Source: a virus
Lineage: Duplodnaviria > Heunggongvirae > Uroviricota > Caudoviricetes
DNA length: 64,000 nt
Reading direction: 5' to 3' (one strand)
IMG/VR virus record: IMGVR_UViG_3300028914_000001
Coordinates: 358,151 to 422,150 of that record
Shown: one piece after another, positions 63,928-64,000 of the stretch
How positions within the stretch are numbered: the first letter of the stretch is position 1
Layout: every line of letters starts with the position of its first letter
The notes under the pieces: model-generated
Seen by the model: the letters and a program-made list of their open reading frames with translations, nothing else
What the model was told of the DNA's origin: nothing
Database searches by the model: none
Translations under genes and position numbers: made by a program

Positions 63928-64000
63928 GCCTCGCCCCGTGGTTTCAACATAGGTTATCACCCTCCGCCAGCGGCTGCCAGTCCCCTGCTGCCTCGTTCCG

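Larger units (their letters stand above)
56348..63962 (+). repeat. 15 dispersed direct copies of the 19-bp motif YCAACATRGGTTATCACCC delimiting gene cassettes
   Basis: starts at 56348, 57961, 58480, 58595, 58699, 58814, 58907, 59635, 60212, 60821, 61407, 62033, 62555, 63341, 63944. Confidence 0.95.

Noticed and set aside
56348-63962. Motif as a XerC/D dif (pdif) site
   Set aside because: The reverse complement GGGTGATAA-C-CTATGTTGAA loosely recalls both arms, but the 6-bp central region is missing and all copies share one orientation
56348-63962. Canonical integron attC sites
   Set aside because: Some copies have RYYYAAC, but there is no consistent GTTRRRY partner, the units carry their own promoters and terminators, and no integrase is in the window
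1-64000. Stop-codon recoding as in some jumbo phages
   Set aside because: Conserved genes are full length in code 11, and TAA, TAG and TGA all end well-packed genes

Overview
This is a 64 kb segment of a large, T4-related (jumbo-type) dsDNA phage genome read in the standard code. Bases 1-55.8 kb hold a family B DNA polymerase, a MoxR AAA+/vWA pair, two glycosyltransferases, a PD-(D/E)XK nuclease, two tRNA end-repair enzymes (CCA-adding enzyme, Thg1), a metallophosphoesterase and many small hypothetical genes. These are driven by TTGACA-N17-TATATT promoters. A second gene class, probably late/virion, is preceded by TATAAACT 25-28 nt upstream of the ATG. At ~55.9 kb the + strand flips from C-rich to G/T-rich across a non-coding block of C/G tracts and iteron-like GTTCWGAAC repeats (candidate origin or genome terminus). 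Beyond it lies the most striking feature: an ~8 kb modular array with 15 same-orientation copies of a 19-bp motif (YCAACATRGGTTATCACCC). The motifs separate self-contained units of promoter, 1-3 genes and terminator. Reusable leader and terminator modules carry unrelated cargo genes, and four consecutive units carry no gene. All assignments are by-eye motif recognition; no database searches were run.
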